64,000 bases of DNA. It comes from Elusimicrobiota bacterium. Lineage in GTDB: Bacteria > Elusimicrobiota > Elusimicrobia > UBA1565 > JACRDR01. The DNA lies in contig JBGFSC010000004.1 of the NCBI GenBank assembly GCA_041694815.1, forward strand, positions 32,001 through 96,000, written 5' to 3'. Below are positions 51,403 through 60,159 of this stretch, piece after piece (position 1 is the stretch's first letter; every line of letters begins with the position of its first letter). A model generated the notes under the pieces. The model made no database searches, was not told the DNA's origin, and saw nothing but the letters and a program-made list of their open reading frames with translations. A program made the translations under genes and the position numbers.

Positions 51403-53596
51403 GGAGCAGTTTTTCGGGCAGTAAGGGAAGCTCGGCTATCCAGGCGCCCGTCGCGTGGCATACGGCGGCGGCGATGGCGGGGCCGGGAACGTCCATCGGT
51501 AGCTCGCCGACGCCCTTGGCGCCGAAGGGTCCTCCCGAAAATGGTTTTTCCACCACCGAGACGTCCATCGGCGGGGTGTCGAGCGCGGTGGGGATGATGT
51601 AATTGGTGAGCTGTGGGTTGGCCATCGCCCCCGCGCGCATGACCACGTTCTCGTACAAGGCGTAACCCACCGCTTGGGCCGTGCCCCCGGCGATCTGGCC
51701 TTTCGCCAGCAGGGGATTGACGGCCTTGCCGATGTCTTGGGCGGTCGTGATCTTCCTTACGCGCACCTCGTAGGTCGTCTTGTCCACCTCGAGGTCGGCG
51801 ACGGCGGCTGCGTAGCTATAGACGCCGTAGGCGTCTCCCCGATAGTTTTGATCGTCCCAGCGGATATCCGGAGGATTCTGGTATTGGGCTTCGAAAATCT
51901 TCTCCTTGCCGGCGCCGCAGATTTTGCGGGCCGCCGCCCGCAGTGCCGCGGGGCTGCCCGGCGCCTTAGGGTGGGCTCCGCGCAGTTCCTTTCGCAGCTC
52001 GAGGGCGGCGCGGCGCAGCAGGCCCCCGACGACCATGCAGGTGCGGCTGGCCACCGTCGGTCCGCTGTTGGGGACCCGGCTCGTGTCCGGGGTTTCGACC
52101 CGGACCCGCTCGAGCGGCACGCCGACGCTGTCGGCGACGATCTGGGCGAACAGGGTGTTGGTGCCCTGGCCGATTTCGGTGGAGGCCGCCAAGACTCGTA
52201 TCTCGCCCTCGCGGGTCAGCGAGAGGGCCGCGCGGCTGGCTAGGTGCAGCTCCCCGCTGCCGGTGAATCCCGCGCCGTGATGCACCATCGCCAGGCCGAT
52301 CCCCTTCCAAACCGGCTTCCTCGCGTCGCGGTTGAAACGCTCGTATTCCTTGCGCTTGCGGGCGTAGCCGCTGCGCGCCACGCATCGCTCCAGGCTCTCG
52401 AGCGCCCCGACGCTTTCCTTGAGGCGCTGGCCGGTGGCGGTGGTCGAGCCCTCGCGGAAGGCGTTGAGCCGGCGCAGCCTCAAGGAGTCCAATCCCGTCT
52501 CGCGGGCGATCTTCTCCCAATGGAGCTCGGCGGCGAATAGGGTTTGCGGCGCGCCGAAGCCGCGGAAGGCGCCGTTGGGCGGGGTATGCGTGGCCAGGGC
52601 CTTCGAGCGCACGCGCACGTTCGGGCACTCGTAGGGGCCGGTCGCGTGCAGCGTGCCGCGGGAGAGCACGACGGGTGTCAGGGTGACGTAGGCTCCGCCG
52701 TCCATGAGCACTTCGATGTCCTGCGCGAGCAGCCTCCCCTCGCGGCTGAGCCCCGTCCGGTGGCGGACGATCGCGGGGTGGCGTTTGGTGGTGGCGGCCA
52801 TATCCTCGGCGCGGTCGTAGACGATCTTGACAGGCCGGCCGGCCTTGCGCGAGAGCACGGCCGCGTGTCCCCCGATCATGTTAGGGTATTCTTCCTTGCC
52901 GCCAAAGCCGCCGCCGGTCGCCGTCTGCACGACCCGGAGCTTCTCATCGGGCAATTCGAAGAGGTGCTTGAGGGCCTTGTGGACGTAGTAGGGGCATTGA
53001 AGCGAGCCCATCACATGCAGGGCGCCGTCCTCCCACCAGGCGGCCATTGCGTTGTTCTCGATGTAGGCGTGCTCTTGATGGGGCACGCGGTACTCGCCCT
53101 CGACGATAAAACGGGACTCGGCCAATCCCTTCTCGACGTCACCCTTCTCGATAAGGTATTTCTTGAATACGTTGTCGGTCGAATAGATGGCGTGCTTGAC
53201 CGCCAGCGAGTCCTCGAGGGTGAGCACGCAGTCAAGCTCCTCGTACTCGACGCGCACGTGGGAGAGCGCCTCGTAGGCCAGCTCCCGCCGCGGGTGGGCG
53301 ATCAAGGCGATGGGCTCGAAGGCGTGGCGGACGACGTCGTCTGCCAGGAGGGGCTGGTCGAGCTCGATCAAGGCGACTTGATTGCGCGGTACGTCCTTGG
53401 CCGTGGCGACGACGAACTCCGACCAGGGGAAGCGGGGATCGAAGACGATCTCGCGGATGCGGGCGTGCGGCACGCTCGAACGCAGGGTGGCGCCGTAGAG
53501 GCAGCCGGGGATTTCGTAGTCGTCGAGGTACTTGGCCTCGCCGCGCAGCTTCTCCTTCCCTTCGTAGCGCAGCTCGCTTTTTCCGACGGAAGGCAT
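51374..53596 (-). CDS. Xanthine dehydrogenase molybdopterin-binding subunit
   Basis: GGGFGGKE, AFRGFGAPQ, EIGQG, TVASR, GAKGVGE. Confidence 0.93.
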   Translation of the reverse strand: MPSVGKSELRYEGKEKLRGEAKYLDDYEIPGCLYGATLRSSVPHARIREIVFDPRFPWSEFVVATAKDVPRNQVALIELDQPLLADDVVRHAFEPIALIAHPRRELAYEALSHVRVEYEELDCVLTLEDSLAVKHAIYSTDNVFKKYLIEKGDVEKGLAESRFIVEGEYRVPHQEHAYIENNAMAAWWEDGALHVMGSLQCPYYVHKALKHLFELPDEKLRVVQTATGGGFGGKEEYPNMIGGHAAVLSRKAGRPVKIVYDRAEDMAATTKRHPAIVRHRTGLSREGRLLAQDIEVLMDGGAYVTLTPVVLSRGTLHATGPYECPNVRVRSKALATHTPPNGAFRGFGAPQTLFAAELHWEKIARETGLDSLRLRRLNAFREGSTTATGQRLKESVGALESLERCVARSGYARKRKEYERFNRDARKPVWKGIGLAMVHHGAGFTGSGELHLASRAALSLTREGEIRVLAASTEIGQGTNTLFAQIVADSVGVPLERVRVETPDTSRVPNSGPTVASRTCMVVGGLLRRAALELRKELRGAHPKAPGSPAALRAAARKICGAGKEKIFEAQYQNPPDIRWDDQNYRGDAYGVYSYAAAVADLEVDKTTYEVRVRKITTAQDIGKAVNPLLAKGQIAGGTAQAVGYALYENVVMRAGAMANPQLTNYIIPTALDTPPMDVSVVEKPFSGGPFGAKGVGELPMDVPGPAIAAAVCHATGAWIAELPLLPEKLLHAHKNNGQR

Positions 53597-53624
53597 GAGC
53601 GGATTTTAGGATATAATAGGCGCG

Positions 53625-54647
53625 TTGATAAATAACGACTGGCATAGGGTCGGGTCCTTCGCCGCCGCCTCCTCCGCTTTCGAGATCGGTGCCGGCAGCC
53701 TCCTGCATTCGTTGCGCGTTCCCCTGCGCGGCCATCTGTTGGCCAACCTGCAGGGGGCCGTGCTATCGGCCTATCTCGACCGGAGGCGGGCGCGCTGCCG
53801 GCGCGTCTTCTGGGTCTCCGCGCTGAGCGGGGCGCTCAAGAGCCTATCGCCCGCCGGCTCGCGCCTTAGGCCGATGCTCGCCATATTCATGCAAGGCGCC
53901 TTATTCCATGGCGCGGTTAATCTGCTGGGACCCGGGCTGGCCGGCGTTTCGGTCGGGCACGCGATGATCGGCGCCTGGTGCGGTTTCCAGACTTTTTTCT
54001 TCCAGTACCTGTTGTTCGGCTCCGACTTGCTGAGAGGATACGAATCCTTATTTCGCTGGGCGGCAAGCTTCGTCCCGCTGCCGTCTCCGGGGGCGGCTCT
54101 GGCCGGATGGGTGGCGGCGAGCTCGCTGTTTTCGGCGGCGTTGGGTACCACCTTCTTCCTTGGCTTTTTCCGCTTGGAGAACTTCCGCGTCCCAGCGCTC
54201 GAGCTCGCGCCGCCGCGAGGCGGAGGCTGGGCGCAAAGCGCGCGCTCGGCGATGGGCGAGCTGCGCAGGCCTTATTTCCTTGGGCCGCTCGCTTTCATGG
54301 TTTTTTTCACGATACTGACGGGTCGAGGATGGGAGCGCGCCGCGTGGATCTCGGCCCGGGCGCTGCTCTTCGCATTCGCGGCGGCCCTGCTCGTGCGCCG
54401 CATCGAATTGGCGCGCGTCGCCGCATGGTTGAGCCGGAAGGGCTTCAGCGGTCCGGCGACGGCCTTGGAAGTAGCGCTATCAGGAGCCGCGGGAGCGGTG
54501 CACCAGCGCGGGCCATACGTCGAAAAGGGAGATGAACATCGCCGTCAGTATGGGCCCGATGAACACGCCGAAAAGGCCGAAGAAGGATATGCCCCCCAGG
54601 ATCGAAAGCAGCGCGACGAAGGGGTGCATGCCCTCGCCTCCCCGTAG
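53625..54647 (+). CDS. Hypothetical polytopic membrane protein
   Basis: Several hydrophobic helices; 3' end overlaps the convergent AI-2E gene; ends uncertain. Confidence 0.6.
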   Translation: MINNDWHRVGSFAAASSAFEIGAGSLLHSLRVPLRGHLLANLQGAVLSAYLDRRRARCRRVFWVSALSGALKSLSPAGSRLRPMLAIFMQGALFHGAVNLLGPGLAGVSVGHAMIGAWCGFQTFFFQYLLFGSDLLRGYESLFRWAASFVPLPSPGAALAGWVAASSLFSAALGTTFFLGFFRLENFRVPALELAPPRGGGWAQSARSAMGELRRPYFLGPLAFMVFFTILTGRGWERAAWISARALLFAFAAALLVRRIELARVAAWLSRKGFSGPATALEVALSGAAGAVHQRGPYVEKGDEHRRQYGPDEHAEKAEEGYAPQDRKQRDEGVHALASP

Positions 54648-55520
54648 CACCAACGGCCGGACGATGTTGTCGATGAGCCCGGCGGCCGCCATCACCACGA
54701 TCATGCCCGCCATCCGTAGGCCCGCGCCTTGGGCGTAGAGCACGATCACTCCCGTCAACGTCACCGGCAAGGTGCCGACCATCGGGATCCAGGCCAGGAT
54801 GAAGGCCGCGCCCCCGGCGAGAAAGGCGGCCGGCAGGCCCAGGATCAGGTAACCCAGGAATACGATGAGCGCCTGCGAGCTCGAGGCGGCCAGGCTCGCC
54901 CAGACCGTGGCGATCGCCGTGCCGTGCAGGGATTTGACGAGCCGCTGGCGCACGTCCGGGTCCAGGCCGCTTCGATCCAGGGCCCATTCGACGAAGCGTC
55001 GGCCGTCGACGAGGAAGAAATAAAGGGCCACGACCGTAAGCAGCAATTGCAGTAGCAATCGAGGCACTTCCCTCGCCAACGCGACCACCGTCGCCGTGAT
55101 TTGTCCGGCCGATTTTCGCACGAGCTGAGCCGATTGCTGGCGCAGGGCCTCGGGATCGCCGAGCCATTCGCCCAGCACGGGCAGCTGCTGCAGCCGGTCC
55201 AGCAGGATTTCGAGGCTCAGAGCTTCGCGTTCTGAGAGATCCTGCCCCAGGCGGATAGCCTGCCCCACGGCCTGCGAGGTGAATAAGGCGGCCGGGGTGA
55301 TGACAAGAAGCAGGATGCCGAGGCTCACCAGCACGGCGGAGAGCCGCCGTCCGGCCCCGCGCGCGAGCAGGGCGCCGTAGGCCGGATACGCGAGCGCGGC
55401 GAGAGTGGCGCCCAAGAAAAGGGCCAGCGCGTACGGCGCGAATATGCGGACGACGAAATAGCCCAGGCCGGCCAGGATGATGAGGAACGCGACGAGCGGC
55501 GTCTTGCTCGGCGCGTTCAC
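54480..55520 (-). CDS. AI-2E (PerM) family transporter
   Basis: YFFLVDG, IPMVG, DNIVRP, LGG...FGLFGVFIGP. Confidence 0.92.
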   Translation of the reverse strand: MNAPSKTPLVAFLIILAGLGYFVVRIFAPYALALFLGATLAALAYPAYGALLARGAGRRLSAVLVSLGILLLVITPAALFTSQAVGQAIRLGQDLSEREALSLEILLDRLQQLPVLGEWLGDPEALRQQSAQLVRKSAGQITATVVALAREVPRLLLQLLLTVVALYFFLVDGRRFVEWALDRSGLDPDVRQRLVKSLHGTAIATVWASLAASSSQALIVFLGYLILGLPAAFLAGGAAFILAWIPMVGTLPVTLTGVIVLYAQGAGLRMAGMIVVMAAAGLIDNIVRPLVLRGGEGMHPFVALLSILGGISFFGLFGVFIGPILTAMFISLFDVWPALVHRSRGS

Positions 55521-56011
55521 TTGCCGCCCGCGTCGGCTAGCGCTTCTCTGCAGTCAACGCGATTGAGGGCGAATTCATCCCTGCTCTTCTTTCCGTTCCT
55601 GGTCTTTTCCAATATGATCTTTAGGATGCTTCCGGTGCCCTCATAGACGAGCTTTTCGGTGGGAACGCCGCGCGGGGTCTGGAAAACGACTCGCCGATCC
55701 GCGTGTTCGACGGCGTCGAATTCCACGCTTCTTTTCCCGTTTATCTCGACCCGCAGCCGCAGGCGGCCGTCTTTTTCTTGGATCCGCATCGTCTCGTAGA
55801 AGGCGGTTTCGCCCTTGTCGATCATCCGCCCCATTTGCAGCAGGGTATTCCCTTCGGGTCTCGTCCAATATTCCTCGATGGCTCCGCCGGGGAAATCCTG
55901 CTTCCAGCAGCCGGAGAGCCACGATAATCCCGCGAGCGTCCGAGCGGGCTTTCCGGCTTCGGCGGAGGCCCCGTGCGCGATTAAAAAAAGGGCTGTCAGC
56001 AGTACGGTCAT
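55517..56011 (-). CDS. DUF6265-like secreted protein
   Basis: LSWLSGCW...EEYW...FYETMRI; ATGA overlap with the VOC gene. Confidence 0.7.
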   Translation of the reverse strand: MTVLLTALFLIAHGASAEAGKPARTLAGLSWLSGCWKQDFPGGAIEEYWTRPEGNTLLQMGRMIDKGETAFYETMRIQEKDGRLRLRVEINGKRSVEFDAVEHADRRVVFQTPRGVPTEKLVYEGTGSILKIILEKTRNGKKSRDEFALNRVDCREALADAGGK

Positions 56012-56478
56012 GCTCGCTCGGCGGCCGCTTTCTTTCCGGATTGCTTCCATCGTTCAATCACGTCGATTCCCTTCGTCCTTCGCTTTTCGAGATGCTCAAA
56101 CCAGCGATCCGCAAGCTGGGTGAACTCGACCAAATTCCCGTCAGGGTCCTCGATGCTCATGCTGAGGCCGTAGCTCGGCTCCGTGATCGGCTCGATCGGG
56201 CGGACGCCGCGGGCCTTAAGCCGCTGGAGCAGGGCCCTGATGTCGAAAGTCGTGAAGGCGAGCTTGACGGCGCCCACCCCCGCCCGTTTGTCCGGGAAGT
56301 TCTCTACGGGATGGATCGCGAAATGGATGTCGCCCAGCTCGCAGCCCCAATGGGGCTCGCTGTCGCCGTGCTTCTCGTCTTCGAGCGGCACGCCGAGCAC
56401 GTCCCGATAAAAATCCGCCAGCCGCTTAGGGTTTTTAGAGACGAGCAGCACGGCCGACAAGAACTCGATCTTTTCCAT
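56008..56478 (-). CDS. VOC/glyoxalase family protein
   Basis: FYRDVLG, EDPDGNLVE; GGAGG RBS. Confidence 0.88.
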   Translation of the reverse strand: MEKIEFLSAVLLVSKNPKRLADFYRDVLGVPLEDEKHGDSEPHWGCELGDIHFAIHPVENFPDKRAGVGAVKLAFTTFDIRALLQRLKARGVRPIEPITEPSYGLSMSIEDPDGNLVEFTQLADRWFEHLEKRRTKGIDVIERWKQSGKKAAAERA

Positions 56479-56499
56479 CGCGCCTCCGGAAAAAGGATA

Positions 56500-56571
56500 T
56501 GCCGAGGGCTGGGATCGAACCAGCGACACCTGGTTTTTCAGACCAGTGCTCTACCACTGAGCTACCTCGGC
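56500..56571 (-). tRNA. tRNA-Phe(GAA), CCA not encoded
   Basis: GCCGAGG acceptor stem, TAGCTCAGTGGTAGAGC D arm, CTGGT-CTGAAAA-ACCAG anticodon arm, GGTTCGATCC T arm. Confidence 0.97.
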
Positions 56572-56670
56572 ACGACGAGGCCCCATTAAATCAATTTGCC
56601 GTTGAGGCCGCAAATAATTCGGTAAGCACCAGACAGCAAGCGGGGCGCATGGACCACTCAGGCGAACCGT

Positions 56671-56974
56671 TCAGGGACCGTATTCGTGTATTTCCCAGGG
56701 AACGATGTCACCGGTCTCGAGAAGATCAAAAAGCTTGCCGGCGGGATGAAGCGTGGAAAACTTTTGAAGAGCCTCGCTCCAAATATCGACCCTTTGCTTG
56801 ATTGGCATGCTTTGGGGAACCCTCGAAATAATAACGGCCCCATGGTAATCGAATGGACCATCCTCAAATTCTGTGTCCTGAGTTAAGAATACCAGGTCTT
56901 TTTCCGTCAGGCGCTGCGAATCGCTTGCCGAACCTGATTGCCGGGTCCATCGAAATCCCTGGAAAAATCTCCAT
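56671..56974 (-). pseudogene. Remnant of a DUF433 antitoxin / DUF5615-like PIN toxin pair with an internal deletion
   Basis: MEIFPGISMDPAIRFGK (DUF433-like start) joined out of frame to ...LVFLTQDTEF...EYGP* (PIN-like C-terminal half). Confidence 0.6.
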
Positions 56975-57053
56975 GATAGCTGCCTAAATTATAACACCTG
57001 CAAGCGCAAGGATTTTTGAGTGTAGCTTGGCGCTCTCGAAATCATACGTGCCA

Positions 57054-58253
57054 CTACAACTTGAAGCGTCTGTCGGCGCTTTCCCCGTCCGGCCGCGGCC
57101 CGATCGCGTCCACGGGTTTGGAGAGAAACTCGGAAAGGCGTTCGTTCCGGCGCTTCTCGAATTCCCGTTTTTCCTCGGGAGTCCGGTCGACGCGCCAAAT
57201 CTGTATCACTCCTTTCGATGCAACCGCAAGCCTTGATCCGTCGGCATTGAACGCGATCGTTTGGCCGATAAGGGTGGGCTGAACATTTAAAATGTCGAGA
57301 GCCTCTAGGGTATTGGCGTCGAGGATCAGAATCCTGTTTGACATTATGTCGGTGGCGGCGATCTTGTCGCCGTTAGGACTGAACGCGACGCCGAGAATAA
57401 GCGGGGCCTCTAGGCTGGCAGTTTTTATCCAGCGTCTTATATCCCATGCCTCATTCCAAATTCGATGGCTCTTTCGATCGGCGAACTGGACGTAGAGCCG
57501 GGAGTGATCCGGACTGACGACGGCATGGCTTACCGACGCGCCCAGGCTTAGCAATTTCTGGCCGCCAAAAGGCAGCTTCGAATCAAGGTCCCATGCGACC
57601 ACGCTGCCCTTGGCGTCGCCTTTAATCGTGATGAGCTTGCCGCCGTCCTTCGAGAAGAAGGCGGCGAGTGCGCCGGTCCCACCCACATGAAAATGGTTTA
57701 AGGTCTTGCCGGAGTTCGTGTCAACGACGCGGACCCATCGGTCGAAGCGATCGAAGGCCGCGAATTTAGAGCCATCGGAGCTAAAAGAGATTTTGGGAGC
57801 GCTTTTTCTGTCCACGAAAAGGATGGGATCCAGCCACTCTACGGTCTTGGCGTCGAAGCGTTGGGCAGCTCCCGGAGACGACATCACGATTTTCGTTCCG
57901 TCGGGGCTGACGGCGACTCCAAAAACGTCTTTTCCACGTATATCCCTCGTAAGAAAATGGAATAAGGTCTTTACACGCTGACCAGTGGCAACATCCCAAA
58001 TGATCGCCGTCCTATCCTCGCCGACGCTCACAAGGGTCGAGCCGGTCGGGTCGTACGCGACGGCATAAACATCACCCGCATGTCCCTGCAGGGAGCGATC
58101 CAGATGCGGGTTTATTCTCTCCTCCAGGAAAAATTTCCTGATCCCTTCGCTTTTCGACTCGGTCCCATCGAATAAATGATCGAGCATGGCCTCCTGCCCC
58201 ATCGCGGGCAAGGCGGCCAGAACCAAGAAAGAAATAAGCGTTATGAAACGCAT
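57054..58253 (-). CDS. Secreted WD40-repeat beta-propeller protein
   Basis: Signal peptide; GHAGDVYAVAYDP..SVGEDRTAIIWD; repeated (F/V)SPDG blades. Confidence 0.88.
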   Translation of the reverse strand: MRFITLISFLVLAALPAMGQEAMLDHLFDGTESKSEGIRKFFLEERINPHLDRSLQGHAGDVYAVAYDPTGSTLVSVGEDRTAIIWDVATGQRVKTLFHFLTRDIRGKDVFGVAVSPDGTKIVMSSPGAAQRFDAKTVEWLDPILFVDRKSAPKISFSSDGSKFAAFDRFDRWVRVVDTNSGKTLNHFHVGGTGALAAFFSKDGGKLITIKGDAKGSVVAWDLDSKLPFGGQKLLSLGASVSHAVVSPDHSRLYVQFADRKSHRIWNEAWDIRRWIKTASLEAPLILGVAFSPNGDKIAATDIMSNRILILDANTLEALDILNVQPTLIGQTIAFNADGSRLAVASKGVIQIWRVDRTPEEKREFEKRRNERLSEFLSKPVDAIGPRPDGESADRRFKL

Positions 58254-58290
58254 TTCCTTAAAAGGATGCATCGGAATCAACGGGGTAGGG

Positions 58291-58327
58291 AGGGCCTTTT
58301 GGTACTTCGTTTAGGCCGAAAGGCCTA
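58291..58327. promoter_or_regulatory. Palindromic boxes upstream of the WD40 gene
   Basis: Perfect TAGGCC-GAAA-GGCCTA (58312-58327) plus degenerate AGGGCC-TTTT-GGTACT (58291). Confidence 0.55.
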
Positions 58328-59521
58328 TGAGCGGGCGAGCGCCGAATACAGCCATGGGAGGAAATCCGGATCCTCCCACATGAAGGCGGTGTGGGCGCCG
58401 TGGAAGGTGTCGACGATCAGCGAGATGAGCGCGTCGTAGCGCAGGGAGAATTCCTCGAGGGTTTTGGACTGCTTGGCGGCCTGCCGCAGCGTCAGGGCGA
58501 AGCGGGGGTAATCCGCGTCGCGCTCGAGCGCCCGCATCAGGTTCTGCAGCCCTTGCTTGCGGATGAGTCCGCCCGCGGCCCAGCCGTCGAGTTTATTGAA
58601 GTCGTTCTCGCCATTTTTGAGGAATTTCCAGAGGGTGTTGAGCTCCCCATCCCCAAGCTCGGCGGAATACCAATTGGCCACCGGCTCCAAGTAGCGCCGC
58701 TGCGGCGGGGTCTCCAACGGCCCTAAAACGCTGACGTGATGCACGACGATGCGCTTGGGCAATTGTAATCTGGCGACGGTGTTCATCTCCGGGGTCCGGT
58801 TGGCCACGGATAGGGTCGCCGGAGTCACCCGTTTTTTGATGTCTTCGGAAAACGGCAGGCGCCGCGCCAGGCCCGCGGCCGCCTCCCGAATTCCCGGAGC
58901 CATCGCCAGCCAGGGGATGTCGACGCCGCGCCACGGAGCATCGATGGCGAAAAACAGCGTTCGCGCGATCGGGCTGCGAGGGCCGTCGTGGATGATCCCG
59001 TCGCGGGCCAGATCGAACAGCATCAGGTCCGCGATCAATCCTCCGGTGCTGTGCCCCAGCACGCGTAGTTCCGGCGCCGCCGGCTCCAGGGAGCGACGGC
59101 AAGAAAGCACTTCTTTTAAGGCCGCCGCCAGGGAGCGCGCGCTGGCCTCGATCGACTGGTACTGGTCGCTGACTCCGATGAGTAATTGATACGGGCCGTC
59201 GAGTTGCGCGAGCCCATGCGCGTCTTGGAAATTCATTCCCTTGCCCGGAATAAAGACTAACAGGGGCGCGAGCGGATCGAGCGGCCTTAAGGGAACGAAG
59301 CTGGCGCGGCCCGAGCGTGCCTTGAGCCGCCTCTGCCATTCCGCCTTGGAAAGGGGTTTGTTCGCCGCTCCGAGCTTTAAAAAATCCGGATCGAGCGGTT
59401 CGAGCAGCGAGGCGCACCCGGCCACGGCTATGGGAACCGGTTCGGGCGGGGGCGGCGGGTCCTCCTGCGCCGCCGAGGGCGCGGATAGGACGAGTAGGAG
59501 CGCCAGGGCGGTCGGGAGCAT
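58325..59521 (-). CDS. Secreted alpha/beta hydrolase
   Basis: Signal peptide; LVFIPG, GHSTGG elbow, IDAPWRG, C-terminal His. Confidence 0.75.
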   Translation of the reverse strand: MLPTALALLLVLSAPSAAQEDPPPPPEPVPIAVAGCASLLEPLDPDFLKLGAANKPLSKAEWQRRLKARSGRASFVPLRPLDPLAPLLVFIPGKGMNFQDAHGLAQLDGPYQLLIGVSDQYQSIEASARSLAAALKEVLSCRRSLEPAAPELRVLGHSTGGLIADLMLFDLARDGIIHDGPRSPIARTLFFAIDAPWRGVDIPWLAMAPGIREAAAGLARRLPFSEDIKKRVTPATLSVANRTPEMNTVARLQLPKRIVVHHVSVLGPLETPPQRRYLEPVANWYSAELGDGELNTLWKFLKNGENDFNKLDGWAAGGLIRKQGLQNLMRALERDADYPRFALTLRQAAKQSKTLEEFSLRYDALISLIVDTFHGAHTAFMWEDPDFLPWLYSALARS

Positions 59522-59589
59522 GATCGCCTTATTGTAGGAATTTCTCCATCGGATTGGAACGAAGCGGCCGGTTTTTGTAGAGTAGCCTC

Positions 59590-60159
59590 ATGCGGACACT
59601 CGCGCTGCTGTTGGCATTGCTCGCCTCGGCCGATGGCCGCGCCGTCGAACCTGGGGGCCTCGATGATCTGCGCGCCCGCATCCTCGCCCGGGACGACGAC
59701 CCCTCCGGCTTTCTGCTGCCTAATTTCCACCGCGTCTCCGAGGGTATTTACCGCTCCGGCCAGCCCAGCCGTTCCGGAATATCAGAGCTTAAGCGCTTGG
59801 GCGTGCGCTCCGTGCTCAATCTCCGCGCGCGCACCCGCGCGGCCGAACGGGATCAGTTGCGCAAGCTCGGGATGAACTCCGTCCATGTGCCGATCCACAG
59901 CGGGAAGTTGAGCTACCAGGCCATCGACGACGCGCTCGGCAAGCTCGCCGATCCCGCGCTGCGGCCGATCTCGGTGCATTGCCGTTTCGGGAAGGACCGC
60001 ACGGGCTACGTCATCGCCGCCTACCGCGTCGTCATCGAAGGATGGAGCGTAAATCGGGCCGCCGAAGAGGCCGAAAAACTGGGCTGCTGCGCCGGGAATT
60101 ACCCTAAGATCCGGCCTTATTTGGAAGGTTACCGAAAGCACCGAAGCGAAAAACCGTAG
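59590..60159 (+). CDS. Secreted tyrosine/dual-specificity phosphatase family protein
   Basis: NFHRV..GIYRSGQP; VHCRFGKDRTG (CX5R). Confidence 0.9.
   Translation: MRTLALLLALLASADGRAVEPGGLDDLRARILARDDDPSGFLLPNFHRVSEGIYRSGQPSRSGISELKRLGVRSVLNLRARTRAAERDQLRKLGMNSVHVPIHSGKLSYQAIDDALGKLADPALRPISVHCRFGKDRTGYVIAAYRVVIEGWSVNRAAEEAEKLGCCAGNYPKIRPYLEGYRKHRSEKP

Noticed and set aside
56500..58300. Prophage or integrative island at tRNA-Phe
   Set aside because: No integrase and no duplicated tRNA 3' end seen; the AT-richer DNA lies on the tRNA 5' side
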